The notes: generated from the sequence alone by a model not told the origin. A stretch of 62,000 nt of DNA from Octopus vulgaris (GCA_951406725.2 OX597814.1:169218001-169280000); one strand, 5' to 3'; shown: positions 12,925-26,154, counted from the stretch's first letter. Numbers and translations are program-made.

Positions 12925-13020
<96 letters not shown>
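12720..13020. repeat. (GATA)n microsatellite
   Basis: Read directly from the sequence. Confidence 0.95.
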
Positions 13021-14186
13021 TGATTGAGTGTGTGTGTGAGCCACAGTACTAATAATGTCTGGGGGTGGGGGAATGGCCAGGAGAGTCACTATCCTGTATT
13101 TTAAAAATATCGAATTATAGAAAACAAAATTCTACGTTATAAGTGAAAAGGATTAGATCGTGCGCGCACGTGTATATGTATGTTTTTTCTGTGTGCATAT
13201 GTATGTGTGTGGAGTTTGCCTGTGTGTATGTATATGTGTTTATTACAGTGAGTTATCTAATACACACGTATCAATGAAAAACAGCCTTCAACATTCCACG
13301 AGTTTTGTATTGTTAGTACTATATATAAATAATAAGACATAACGCATTCGTGTGCGTATTATTAATCCGCGCATGAATAGAAACACTCTTCAGCATTTAT
13401 TGAATTTCGTGTTATTATAATGATTACATTAACACAAATAATAGCACATGAATGAAATCAGTGAGTTGTGTTATTATTATGATTGTATTATTGGCTATAA
13501 TAATACAGTATTATTGTAGTCGGTACTATATTCGTAATAATAAAACAAGTCATTCTTGTGCATGTTAATACTACACACAAAAATAAAAAATTGCCTCCTA
13601 TAATCAGTGAGTCAACGCAAGTCATCACTATTAAAATGATAATAATCGCAAAGGGAATTGCCGTTCATCGTTTATCTAGATAATTCTTGTTTTGGAAATG
13701 TACCGTAATAAATCCGGATTTGGATGGGAAGAAAGAAAAGAAAAAAATTATGAAAGTATTTAGTGATCAGAGTTCATGTAAAGGACAACAGTGTAAAGTA
13801 CTATATGTATTGCTGAATTCAGGCTAAGTTATTCCATGCATATTTACTAGTGTTGATAAAATTAACCGTCATAGATTTTTACAATGACAGAAGGCATCTC
13901 TCAACCAGATGCCATTAACGAAGAGACAGTATATAAGCCAATTAAGCCAGTATATAAATAAGATAATAATATAAGCCAATTAAGTTTAGTCTGTTGCGAC
14001 AGATCATATGGCATTATCGGAATATTAGAAAGCGGGGTACATATTACCACTAAGGTTAATGGAGCTATAGAATAGGGAACACAAATGTTTCCAAAGGATC
14101 TTGTTTTGGGGCTTGTGTCTTTAATGCAACAAACTTGAAAATGGTGAAAAACTCTTGCTTAACTGGTTAGTATGGAGCAAATATAG

Positions 14187-14623
14187 GATCTTTTCAGTTT
14201 GAACGGCAGTTTTTTCTAGCGGTGTCATATGAAATTGTCACCCATAATTATGACCCTAGTATCGATCTATTGCATTTCAATCTGTTTTAGGGTTAGGATT
14301 AGTTAGGATTAATTAGGGTTAGGAGTGGGGGGAAGGGTATCTTTTTTCTTCAGAAAAGCAAATAAACCCAATCTGTTTCTTAAACGAGGGACATATTCAT
14401 ACGGCACAGAATGTTTTCACCTCAACAGACGTCATTGATTGGTTGAAATTGCAGAAATTGAAGAAAAAAACAACAACAAATATCTTACAAACTATAGAAT
14501 TTTCTCAATAAAGTCAAGAGAAAAAGATGTTTTATAAACACATTCTACCAGTATACAAAGTTTAAAAGTGTTTTAGTTACCTAGAAATTACGGTAAAAAC
14601 TGCCGTTCAAACCGAAAAGATCC
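14187..14623. mobile_element. Non-autonomous TIR element (MITE-like) with internal TTAGGG-like repeats
   Basis: TIRs of 29 bp with one mismatch: GGATCTTTTCAGTTTGAACGGCAGTTTTT / AAAAACTGCCGTTCAAACCGAAAAGATCC. TTAGGG/TTAGGA motifs lie near 14287-14325. Confidence 0.8.
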
Positions 14624-15445
14624 GAACTCTTTAGTATGGAGCAAATGTAATTTTTTTTTTAAAAAAAGACTTTTTTTTTTTGTTTTCTAAGTTGTCTAAC
14701 GAAAATTTTTTCTTCATCAATTGTTTAGTTTCGATTTTGACAGATCTGAAGCTGTCTTGAAGCAGAGAGAGCATGTCTGTCATCAATAAGGTCACAAATA
14801 GTGACAAAAGGACAGACAAAACTATCTGATTAATTGACTAACTGACTGAACGAGTAATCAAACAATTGATTAGTTAATTGATTAAATGGTTAAATAATTC
14901 ACTAATAAATAATATTAAAAGAAGTGAAACAGAACCAGTCATTGTGTTTATTATTGGCATAATGACCCTCCCAAGATGCAAAAAAAAAAAATCACGTTGT
15001 TTCAGCTATTTTAGAAGTAAATAATAAAGTTGGGGAAGCTTAGTGAAAATCTATTAGAGCAAGAATAGTGCTCATTGCAAACTTTGTCAACTGGCAAAGC
15101 TTGAAATAATGATTATCACAAATTATCTGATGGTGGTGTATTGGTTCAAAGTATTTGAAACCAGACAATTCTTTTGGAAGAAATATTAACAACGTATATT
15201 GGATGTGACACTCATTTTTCAAGGTAGAAGTCACATTGATAACAAAAAAATATAATGGGAATTTCTCAGTAGTTTGGGAACAGGTGGCCATTATGATAAC
15301 ATACTGAATAATCATTTGGACATAGTTTAAGGCTTCTAAAATTGAAAAGGAACACATGCAAGCTTATTGCTTGATAGTCAAAATGAACCCATTAATTGTT
15401 TTGCTGATCAAGTTAAGAAAAGGCTATTGTAAATGAATGTGAATA

Positions 15446-15969
15446 CCGTAAATCTTCGAGTATAGTCCGCCCTTGAGTATAATACGCAGGGGATTTTTAG
15501 GGGGCTGTACTTCTGAAAAACCTAAAACCTTGTGTATAATACACACCCCTTCTCTAACTCGAGTCGTGCGTAATTAAGCCAGCAGCACCTAGTCGAACAA
15601 ACACTTCCGTGCATGCATAATACAATAATGGTGATGTTCTTAACTGTTATATGGGAATGTAAATATGTTTGCAAATTGTTTTTGTTGCATGTTATTCTGT
15701 GTTCTGAATACTTTTATTTTAATAACTGTTGCGTACTGCAAGTTATGGATGATTCTTTTATGACTTCATTGCTTTCAGGCTTAGCTTAAGGTATTTTCGC
15801 GCCCGACATCATAAAATACATCTGAATAAACATTGCCAGACAGCAAATAGAGATTTGGACATTGCTTAGAAAATATCTTTCATTTTTAACCTCGTGTATA
15901 GTACACACTAGGGATTTTGACCTTTAAATTTTTGGGGGAAAAATGCAGATTATACTCGAGGATTTACGG
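15446..15969. mobile_element. pogo/Tigger-like MITE inserted in the hAT fossil
   Basis: TIRs CCGTAAATCTTCGAGTATA / TATACTCGAGGATTTACGG, flanked by TA at 15444-15445 and 15970-15971. Confidence 0.85.
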
Positions 15970-17274
15970 TATACAAAATGTTACAGTATGGTTGTGAATG
16001 TAACTCTTGATTCAGCATATTGAGAACAAAATGTTTATCTAAACAAATTTACAAGCCAATATGGAGTAAAAGAAAAGCTTCTTGATTTTGTTAACTGTAA
16101 TCAAAAGGAAATCAATAATATAGTCGAACTGATACTTGATAGTGTTAAAAAAAAAAGAAGAAAACAAAATATCAATACAATACTTCATTCTCTACGTGTT
16201 ATGTTGAAGGTTTTGATAATGAGAGTAACATATCTGGACAGTATATAATGGATGTCAAGTAATTTCCAAACTGTTTCCGATCCATTGGTTGTATTTTCTC
16301 TTTGAACTTGTCACAGTCTCAATTTAGGCAGAGTTAGAGCTGCAAAATGTTGCATTGAATTTACTGCTGTTCAGAATCTCTACAATATATTTAGCAGTAT
16401 TCTTTCATAATGGCTCAATCTGAAAACATTACCTTAAAGTTTCACAGCATGGTTCCTGATACTCGATGGTTTACAATAAAGCAATTATGTTCTTGCTTTG
16501 TCTAAATCTAATTCTTGGAAACACTTTCAAACACAAGAAGTATTCAAACTTATTTAAATTCCTTTGAGTGCATTGTGAGGGGATCAATTTGGATAAAAAC
16601 TGTAACAGCAATTCACCATTGTAATGTTTCCTTGGAACCAGGAATGCTACAACTGATACGGAATTGAATTATTGGAAATCAAAATGAAACTGTTTTCTCA
16701 ATGAAGTTAAAGGAGGTTGCTGCAAACATTGGAAGCTCAAATGAATTTTCCAATAAAAGACAAAGGGAAAAAATTCTTAAAAACTTGACAGGTAAAATCG
16801 TCGAATATACTTATTCTACCACTGAAGACAGGTTTAAGGGAGATATATTTTATACTGTATTTGATTTGGTAATTTCAAATATTTCAAGATGTTTCAATGC
16901 TGTATCTTATTTCAATAAAGTGTTTGGATGCATTTTAGAAATATTCTGAAATAGAAACTGAAAAAAAAAAAAAAATTGAGCACCAAAGTTAATCAACTAT
17001 GTGATACAATATCGACTTAATATAAAAGATGAAATATTCCATTTAAAATAAATACATGAATCAAATATTTCTCCAAACTCAATTCCACCAATTGAATTAT
17101 TAAGCAAACTTAGTTGCATATTGAAGTAGCATTCTTCAACTCTCAACTTGCTATATAACACAGTACTTCACAGGATTGCATTGGTCTGCTCGTTCTAAAA
17201 TGCATATCATGAGAAGTGTGCTGACTTTGTTTACATTCATTGCAAAGAAAGTAAGGAACCCTTTGATATAAGGG

Positions 17275-17486
17275 AGAAAAATTTAATTTTGTTTTTGGAT
17301 TTAGTTTGCAAGATTCTTTATATGAGTTCTGTTGTGTCTGAGGAGAGTTATTTTCTTTTTGTGCCTTATAATGTAACACACTCACCAGTAAAAATTCCAC
17401 TTATTTCTTATTTTACCAGTGACTGTGTTACATTATAAGGCACAAAAAGAAAATGACTCTCCACAGACACAACAGAAAAATTTAAT
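17275..17486 (-). mobile_element. Asymmetric fold-back element (Penelope-like pLTR type inferred)
   Basis: Inverted arms of about 52 bp (17318-17369 / 17425-17476), with an extra tail on the left only. The 13-bp direct repeat AGAAAAATTTAAT flanks it at 17275 and 17474. Confidence 0.65.
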
Positions 17487-17739
17487 CTTTTCCTCTATTG
17501 TTCATTTCTCTTCTGTAAGACGATCATTACAAGACTGAGCTTTTGACTGGAGTTTAAGTAGTTATAAAACTTTGAATAGTTTGTTTCCTATAGGTCATAA
17601 AAGATTTTTCAGTGGTTTAGCTTGTATTAAGAATGTTATGAGATCAGCAGTGTGTCAAGATAAATTATCTAGTCTGAGGATCTTTACTGTTAAATCAACT
17701 TTCACATGTGAATTATGATTGTCTTTACTTATCATAAAT

Positions 17740-17999
17740 TATAAGTCTTTATTTCGTTTTGGATTTTGTTTGCAAGATTCTCTATGTGAGTTTGTGTGTT
17801 GAAGCATATTCTGTTGTATCTGGGGAGAGTCATTTTCTTTTTGTGCCTTATAATTTAAATGCAACTTTTCAATAGTCTTGACTTGCAAGATGCAACGAAA
17901 ATTTTAGGAAAATAAAATAAGTGGAATTTTACTGATGAGTGTGTTAAATTATAAGGCACAAAAAGAAAATAACTCTCCCCAGACACAACAGTATAAGTC
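17740..17999 (-). mobile_element. Second copy of the same asymmetric fold-back family
   Basis: Arms CTGTTGTATCTGGGGAGAG...CCTTATAATTTAA / TTAAATTATAAGG...CCCCAGACACAACAG, with a left-only tail. The 8-bp direct repeat TATAAGTC flanks it at 17740 and 17992. Confidence 0.65.
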
Positions 18000-18799
18000 A
18001 TTACGTATCATAAAACTAGAACAGTTCCTTTTGATTCATTTTTACATCCATCTTTCCATGCTAGCATGGGTTAGATGAATATATTATTGACAAATTGTTT
18101 TACAGTCACTGTCCCTTACCTGTTTTTCGAATTGGGGATCTTTCGTTCTACTGCATTATGTAGTCATGGATACATTGAGAAATCAACATGATGGCCATGG
18201 CTGAAAAACTTTTGATCAAAAGTCTGCATGATCTAGTCTGACCAATATGTTATAGAATTGGCCAACAGTGATTCAAAGTTCAGAATCTAACAACAATGCA
18301 TAACAGATTTAGTCTGAAGAACAGAAATGGCTAAAAGTGATTCAGAATTCAGAATCTAACCAAATTTGGGACTTTAAAAATTTCTAATCCCTCAGAAAGA
18401 AAACAACAGCTGTTCAAATAAGTATTTACAACTATACTCTACCTTTTCAATGGTTAATAACTATGCTCCTTTAGGTTGTAAAGTCTAAATACTGTGACAT
18501 CATTAGGTCAGTACATAGCTTCAAACACAACAACACATGAACCAGGGTCGGAGCTTCTATATTCTTATCCATTGTAGTTCAAATCTCCCTCAAGCCACAC
18601 GTTTCAAAATTATTAATATTAATATTATTTGTGCCTTGCAACCATATGGCTCTGGTTTCAATCCCAGTTTGGGACACTTTTAGTGTTGTCTCAGGTTGAC
18701 CAATATCTTTTCGATAAAATTTACTAAGAAGCCTATTGCGTGCATGCATGTGTGTGTGTGTATGTGCGTGAGTGTGTGCATGTCTGTTTGCATTTATTT

Positions 18800-19028
18800 C
18801 TTATTTCTTTACTGCCCACAAGGGGCTACACACAGAGGAAACAAACAAGGACAAACAAACGGATTAAGTCGATTATATTGACCCCAATGCGTAACTGGTA
18901 CTTATTTAATCGACCCCGAAAGGATGAAAGGCAAAGTCAACCTCGGCGAAATTTGAACTCAGAACGTAGCGGCAGATGAAATACCGCTAAGCATTTCGCC
19001 CAGCGTGCTAATGTTTCTGCCAGCTTCC
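18800..19028 (-). mobile_element. SINE family B copy
   Basis: Full-length, high similarity to 46977-47208. Confidence 0.85.
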
Positions 19029-20741
19029 ATTTATGAATACATAAGACTGATGTCTGTTTTGTATTTAGGCCATTGCCACAATTGATAATTCTGAAAATAC
19101 GAAGAGGAAAAATTACAATAATGCAACAGTATAAACGTAAAACTAGAACACAATACAGAATCAAACACAAAATTCTCTATGCTCATCCCTGCCACTAGTA
19201 GTATTTCTGATAAAGTGAATTTAAATAAAAGCAATGACTTGAAAATTATTATCACCATCATCATCATTGCTTTAATGTCTCCCTTTCCACGATTGCATGG
19301 ATTAGATGAAGATTATTGGGGCAGATTTTTCTATGATTGGATACCCTTCCTGTCACAAACCCTCACCTATTTCCAAGCAAACTAATGTTTCCTTGTGGCC
19401 AGACCTGTTTTCACAAAATATTAGAAATGAATGGATATTGCTTGTATGACAGTGATGCTCATTTACAATGATTATGTGATGTCAAGACAAGGAGATACAC
19501 ATTCAGACACAATCTTGGGGTTAATTTGTTCGACTGAAACCCTTCAAGGCAGTGCTCCAGTATGGCCATAGTCAAATGACTGGAACAAGTAAAGAATAAA
19601 GGAATGCATGCAAATAATGATAAAGATATATTTATATATGGTGATGAAATGAGGATATATCATCATCATCATCATTTAACGTCGGTCTTCCATGCTAGCA
19701 TGGGTGGGATGGTACCACAAGAGCCAGCCAAGCCAAAGCCTGCACCTGCCTTCTGTGTCTGTTTTGGCAGGATTTTTACAGTTGGATGCCCTGCCTAACA
19801 CTGACCACTCAGCAGAGTGGACTTGGTGCATATTATGTGGCACAAGCACAGGTGAGGTGAGTAGTGCTTTTTATGTGGTACAAGCACAGGTAAGATCTAT
19901 TTTGGCAAGGTTTTTACAGCTGGATGCCCTTCTGAAAACCAACCACTTTACAGTATGGATTGGCTGCTTTTAAGTGGCACCTGCACTGACAGACTCACCA
20001 AGTATTTGCAAGACATTAAAAATTTTAAAAAATTCTAAGAGGGGAGGAGGCATTGCAGGTGGTGATGATGAAAAGGTTATAGTGAGACTGATATAGGTGT
20101 CTTGCTGTAGAGTAAGTACACGGTTACCCAGCCAGAGAGGGGGGGAGGGAGAGAGAGAGAGAGAGAGAGATCTGGAATGAAGACAGAAACAGGTGTGCTA
20201 CCGCAAAGAAACTATAGAGTTGCCCAACCAGAGGGTGGTGCAGGAGGAGAGAGAGTGGGAGATAGCAGGATAGAGATGGTGGCAAAATGCTGGACATACA
20301 AGGAATGGTGATTAGAATATAAATGGCCAGCGGTCACGTGAGAAGGAAGAGAAGAGAGAGAAAAAGAGGAGCAAAGGAATTAAGGAGGGGGAGAAGAGAG
20401 AGGAAAAGAGAAACAAAGGAATTAAGGGGGAGAGAAGAGAGAGAAAAAGAGGAACAAGGAATTAAGGAGGGGGAGAAAAGGAGGATTGGCAAGAAAAAAG
20501 AAAGACAGGGACAGTGAAGTGCAGAGTAAGAAAGGCAAAGGAATGTGAGAGAGTGGGGGAGAGAGTGTGTTGAAGCCACAAAGTTTAGTGAAATGTGTAC
20601 TTATATAAAAGAACAAAATGTACATACGCTGCTATATATATATGAAATATAAAATGGGGCAGAGAGAGAGAGAGAGAAAACAAGCCTCTTTCAGTTTCTT
20701 TCTATCAAATCCACTTGTGTGAATAGCCTGGGGCTATATTA

Positions 20742-20928
20742 TGAGTGGATGCTGAAAAGTTCCTGGCTTTAGGGGTATTGCAAAAGGCCTATTTGGTGGT
20801 CCAACTTTCAAGGACCCCTGCAATAATTGTGTGAATCTGAGAGGGAAATATGTTGAATAAAATCATAATTAACTGATTCTCCTGTATTTTCTTATACCGA
20901 AAGCTAGGAACTTTTCAGCACTCCCTTG
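20742..20928. mobile_element. mariner-type MITE
   Basis: TIRs GCTGAAAAGTTCCTGGCTTT / AAAGCTAGGAACTTTTCAGC; a TA precedes the left end. Confidence 0.7.
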
Positions 20929-21405
20929 TGGAAGACACCCAAGATTTATACTTAGAAAGAATCCTATCAGGTAGGGTTTTTTTTTATCATAATAGTAGAA
21001 AGTTGCTTCTAGTAATGTTTGTACTGGTTCATTTTGAGGAAGAGTACACTTGGCTTAGAGTGCTCACTGTTGAACAGCAGATAGTTCTCGACTGTCTTCA
21101 TGAATTTGCTGATTTTGATATTAGTCAGCACTTGTTCTATTAATTATGACAGAATTCTCTAAGGTGTTTGAGTCACAACAAGAATGGAATTTAAGAACAT
21201 TGCTGAATTGTTAAAGTAAAGTTTTATTCTGACTTTGTATATTTGATTTCAACAGGCAGTAGTCTAGACCAGTCTTTATATACTTAAGATTAGAGCCTAA
21301 AGAGAATTGCATTGTTTAGTAAAATTGAGAGAGGATGTAAAACTCTGCTGTCTCTCTTTAATTTCTCCCCTCACCATGACCTGTTGCTGTAACATTAAAA
21401 CATGA

Positions 21406-22015
21406 ATCGACCTTGCTTGCCAAGCCTTCAACTGACTCAATGCACAACTCTGGTCAAGATCTGAGATCCAACGCACCACCAAAGTACGGATCTACTAAGC
21501 AAGAGTGCGAATGATTCTCCTTTACGGCAGCAAGTCATGGCCAATGAGGGTGGAAGATATTAAGCGACTAGAATCCTTCAATCACCTCTGTCTATGCTGC
21601 ATCCTTCAGGTCCGATGGCATCACTTTGTCTCCAACAATTCAGTGCGACACCAGTGCAAAATCACTGCCCTCTAACACGTCATCCTAATGAGACGTCTGC
21701 ATTGGCTGGGTCATGCCCTCTGTTGTCAACCAGGAGAGTTCCTCTATGAAGCAATTGCCCCAGCTCCCCTTCAAGGTTGGCGAAACCGATGTGGTGGACA
21801 ACGAAAAACCTGACTGATGACAGTCAAGGCTGATCTGGAACCCAACCTAGGCCCCCATATCTACAGCATTCACCGCTGGAATAAGGAGTGGCTGGAGATC
21901 ACGCGGTTGTTAGTCTCAAATCGCCAGGTCTGGTTGGTGTTTGTGAGAGATGCAGCATTGAGGATGAATGAAGCCAGCTCAACCCATCCTGGGTGAATGC
22001 TGTCTCAAGACAAGA
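21406..22015 (+). mobile_element. 5'-truncated RTE LINE (RT C-terminus, one frame with stops)
   Basis: Frame 21406-21996 reads IDLACQAFN*LNAQLWSRSEI...KVRIY*ARVRMILLYGSKSW...RRLHWLGHAL...GGQRKT*...HPG*. Confidence 0.85.
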
Positions 22016-22177
22016 AAAGAAGAATTTCTCCCCTCTCAATTTTTTCCTGTGGATTTTTCCTTTTCTCATGGCAAGTTTTTTGCAGTATTTTCTTCTGGTA
22101 CATAGGAATATGAACGTGCCATCACAACAACTACCATGTTCTGTGTGGGGGTCAAGGTGTGTGGCGGCTTCATGTCA

Positions 22178-22452
22178 AGTGAAGGCATATGGCCTAGTGG
22201 TTAGGTTGTTGCACTCACAATCACTAGATCGTGAGTTCAATTCCCAGACCAGACAACACATTGTGTTCTTGAGCAAAACATTTCATTTCATGTTGCTCTA
22301 GTCCTCCTTTCAATCAGGGGGAATGTCACCTTTTTTGCTTGTTCACCTTGCCAGTGAGGTGGCATCATTTGAAAACTAAAACCCATGAAAATGTGCATTG
22401 TGACCAGGAATGTGTAACATCTGATAGCCTGGTCAGTCATATGATCATGTGA
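22178..22452 (+). mobile_element. tRNA-headed SINE with RTE-like tail
   Basis: A/B-box-like TGGCCTAGTGG / GAGTTCAATTCC. The 3' end GCATTGTGACCAG...ACATCTGATAGCCTGGTC resembles 176-240 and 51500-51580(-). Confidence 0.7.
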
Positions 22453-23714
22453 CATAGAAATATACTTTTCTAATAATTTCCAGTTATTTAATTAATTCTT
22501 TCAGAGCTGGCATGATAGTTAGTGTTGGACAAAACGCATAGCAGAATTTCTTTCGGCTCCTTACGTTCCAAGCTCATCATTTTGGTGTTGACAAAATAAT
22601 TACCATTTGAGCATGTAATCAGCTTGCCCACTACCCTCAAAATTGCTGGTCTTGTGCCAAAATATGAATTATATTAATCAAATCAATTTATCCTAGGATC
22701 TATCTATTGATTTTGTTATCTGTTATCTCTAATAAATAGGGGTTGTTTAATATCTACCAAAAGTTGTTAAGCTATTTTTCAAGTGCCACTTGCAGAGAGC
22801 TTCTTCCTTTGAAGAAAGTATTTCTTGCTATATTTTATGAGATGTGTGTTTGCCAAGCTATATAGACCTGAAATCCTTTATTATGTCCATATATGCTCTC
22901 CACTAGTAACATTTTGGTGGCATGTAAAAAGCACCAACCGATTGTGGCCATTGCCAGCCTTGCCTGGCACCTGTGCCGGTGGCGTGCAAAAAGCACCCAT
23001 TACACTCACGGAGTGGTTGGCATTAGGAAGGGCATCCAGCTGTAGAAACACTGCCAGATTAGACTGGGCCTGGCGCAGCCTCCTGGCTTCCCAGACCCCG
23101 GTCAAACCGTCTAACCCATGCTAGCATGGAAAGCAGACGTTAAACGATGATGATGATGATGATGATAATGATGATGTATTGCAATATTAAAGCGTATTTA
23201 TTTGGAAGGCATATGTATCTGATTCACAACTTGGTCTGTTGTTATCTGTGATAAAATATTTTAATTTCTCCACCTTACTTCAGCCTGGTAGTTGCTGTGT
23301 GGAAAAGAAAGTGAGAAAAAGTGTAGATGAACAGCCTAAAATTTAAAGAAATCTGTTGTTGATGAGATTGAACTCAGCTTCATTATCAGATAATATTTCA
23401 TTACATATTCCATTTATGACAAAGGTTCAATATAAATTTTTAATTAGGCTTTTGGCACCATCTTTTATCTTGTTTCAGTCAATAGACTGTGGCCATGCTG
23501 GGGCACTGTCTCGAAGAATTTTAGTTAAAGGAATTGACCCCAATAATTATTTTTTAAAAGCTGGTACTTATTCTATCAGTAACTTTTGCTGAACTACTAT
23601 GTTACATAGCTGTAAAGACACCAACACTGGTTGTCTAGTATTGGGCTGAGCAAGAGGGGGTTGGGGCAAATGCAGACACACACACACTCACAAACACAGA
23701 CAGACAGACAGACA

Positions 23715-23758
<44 letters not shown>

Positions 23759-23859
23759 ATGGGCTTCTTTCATATTCCATCTACCAGATCCACTCACAAG
23801 ACTTTGGTTGGTTCAAGGCTATAGTGTAAGGCACTTACCCAAGTTGTCACACAGTGGGA

Positions 23860-24152
23860 TTGTGGAGGCACATGGCCTAGTGGTTAGAGCAGCAGACTTG
23901 TGGTTGAGGGATCACGGGATCGAATCTCAGACCGGGCGATGTGTGTGTTTATGAGCGAAACACCTAAGCTCCACGCAGCTCTGGCAGAAGGTAATGGCGA
24001 ACTTCTGCTGGCTCTTTTCTCTCACTCTTTCCTCCTGTATCTTGCAGCTCATCTGTGACGGACCGGTGTCCCATCCAGGTGGGGAACCTATACACTGAGG
24101 AAACCAGGAAACCGGCCCTTATGAGCCAGGGATGGCTTGAGAAGGAACAACA
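23860..24152 (+). mobile_element. SINE family D nested in a minus-strand family A copy
   Basis: An 11-bp TSD ACACAGTGGGA lies at 23849 and 24153. The host SINE resumes after the insert. Confidence 0.85.
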
Positions 24153-24900
24153 ACACAGTGGGAGCGAACCCAGTGGCATGTAGATTGGAAGCGATCTTCT
24201 GACCACACAGCCACACTTGATTTTTTTTTTCTATGACTGTCAATGAAGACTAGGCATAATGAAACTATTCCTAGACATGTCTTTATTTTGTGAGACTAAT
24301 TTGCTTGAACAGATGCAGGCATGGTTGTGTGATTAAGACGCTTGCTTTGCCACCATGTGCAAAGAAGCAATATTTACCCAAAACAGTGGAACTGAATTCA
24401 AAACTACACGGTTGCAAAGTGAGATTCTTAATCACACAGCAATGCCTGACTTATTTAAAAAGACGTATCTTAACTCATATCTTAACTAACTAGAATTTGT
24501 ATAGCAGCTGTTGTAAAAAGAGATTTGTCTGCCAATTTTACAACAACAAGATTGTTTCAAAATAATAATAATGATGATGGACTCACCTGTCAAAGACAAC
24601 ATATGAGTGATCACCTTTTGTTTTGCCAAATGACCTGCACAAATGATTTGTTTATAGTGATCAAATGTATGTGCCATATATTAGCTTACTCTCTCCATTG
24701 GCTGAACAGGTGCAAGGTGTACCTTGTGTCAGGTGTCAAAGTGATTGCAGAGCAATATGAGATGAAATGTTTTGCTCAAAAACACAACACACTACCCAGT
24801 ATAGGAACTGAAACTATAATCTCATGATTGCGAGTGCAACACCCTAACCACGAGACCATGCATACTCACTCATAATGATAATAATAATATTAATAATAAT

Positions 24901-24958
<58 letters not shown>

Positions 24959-25360
24959 TGGAATAACAACAGAAAAAAGATGGTATAGGCACACACCAGA
25001 AAAGGTTACAGAAAATGAGAAAGCAACCATACTGTGGGATATGCCAATACACACAGATAGAGAAATTAAGGCCAACAGGCCAGATATAGTTGTCAGAGAT
25101 CATGAAGAAAAAAATGCTTTCTAATTGATGTATCAATACGAGCAGATGACAATGTGTCTCTAAAAGAAATGGAGAAACTTTCAAAATACAAAGACCTGGA
25201 AATAGAGATAACTTGAATGTGGAATCTAAAAACAGAAACAATTCCTATCAAAGTAGGCATATTAGGTATGATAAAAAATATTCAGACAAATACATAACAA
25301 AAACACCAGGACTCATAAACACATATAACATACAGAAAATTGCACTACTGGGCACTGCAC
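24959..25360 (+). mobile_element. R4/Dong-clade non-LTR fragment (restriction-like endonuclease domain)
   Basis: From 24981: WYRHTPEKVTENEKATILWDMPIHTDREIKANRPDIVVRD..CFLIDVSI...KYKDLEIE...IQKIALLGTA, with frameshifts. A (TAA)n tract precedes it. Confidence 0.85.
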
Positions 25361-26154
25361 TTAGCGGTTCGGCAAAAGAGACTGATAGAATAAGTACTAG
25401 GCTTACAAAAAATAAGTCCTGGGGTCGATTTGCTCAACTAAAGGTGGTGCTCCAGCATGGCCACAGTCACATGACTGAAACAAGTAAAAGAGTATAAGAG
25501 TAAAAGAGGTGTTTTATAATCCATCATTTTAATAAATGGCTGAGTCTGATTTAAGCAGTCTTTGGAATGGTTGAATATTACAGACCACATTAAATGCATA
25601 TGAAACGTAGCGAACATGTTCAAATTATGAGCATATGTCAGTAACAGTTATGGTAATTCTACTTGTAATTGCTAAATGACGGACATTATTTGGTGCTGCT
25701 TCAAAACCCATAAACTTCCTGACTTCAGGAAATATAAACTTTGCAGGATCAAGTGTTATGCAGTGTTTGCTGTTTAGATGAAGCCATTTGGAGACTCAGA
25801 AAATGTATTTTTCTCCAACTTGGTCAATGAATCCACATGAAAACTTCTGTCACACTACACTACAAGGAAACCTCTATAAAATATCTAGGCCTGCTAGGAA
25901 TAGCCCCTGACTCTCTTACAAATTGCACTTTGTTGTCTTAAGAAAAATAAAAGAAAACATTTCTTTAAAAATGTAGTTCAAAGAAAGCATTGAACTACAG
26001 TGTCCTGGATATACAAAAAAGACAGGCTGCTCACAGTTAAGATATCTTTGATCATAGATCTGTTTGACCAAGCTTGATTTAGAATTGAATAACAATTTAG
26101 TCTGTGGAGAATTAAGCAGCATACTGCTTACAAAATAAGAATATGGTTGATTCT

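Larger units (their letters stand above)
15030..17700 (+). pseudogene. Fossil hAT-superfamily transposase (ZMYM1/DUF4371-like)
   Basis: Collinear degenerate motifs: RILDVTL, NGNF, HYDNILNNHL, SQNE, YSMVVNVTLDSAY*EQ, KEKLLDFV, GFDNESNISGQY, CHSLNL (16309), VQNLYNIFS, DTRW, FYTVFDLVISNISRCF. A dimerisation-domain-like RFFSGLACIKNVMRSAVCQDKLSSL lies at 17602-17676. Confidence 0.85.

Noticed and set aside
12720-13020. Tx1-like LINE ends at this other GATA array
   Set aside because: Neither flank resembles the LINE 5' UTR or 3' end, so it is an unoccupied array.
14287-14325. Interstitial telomere
   Set aside because: Only a few degenerate TTAGGG motifs, located inside a TIR-bounded element.
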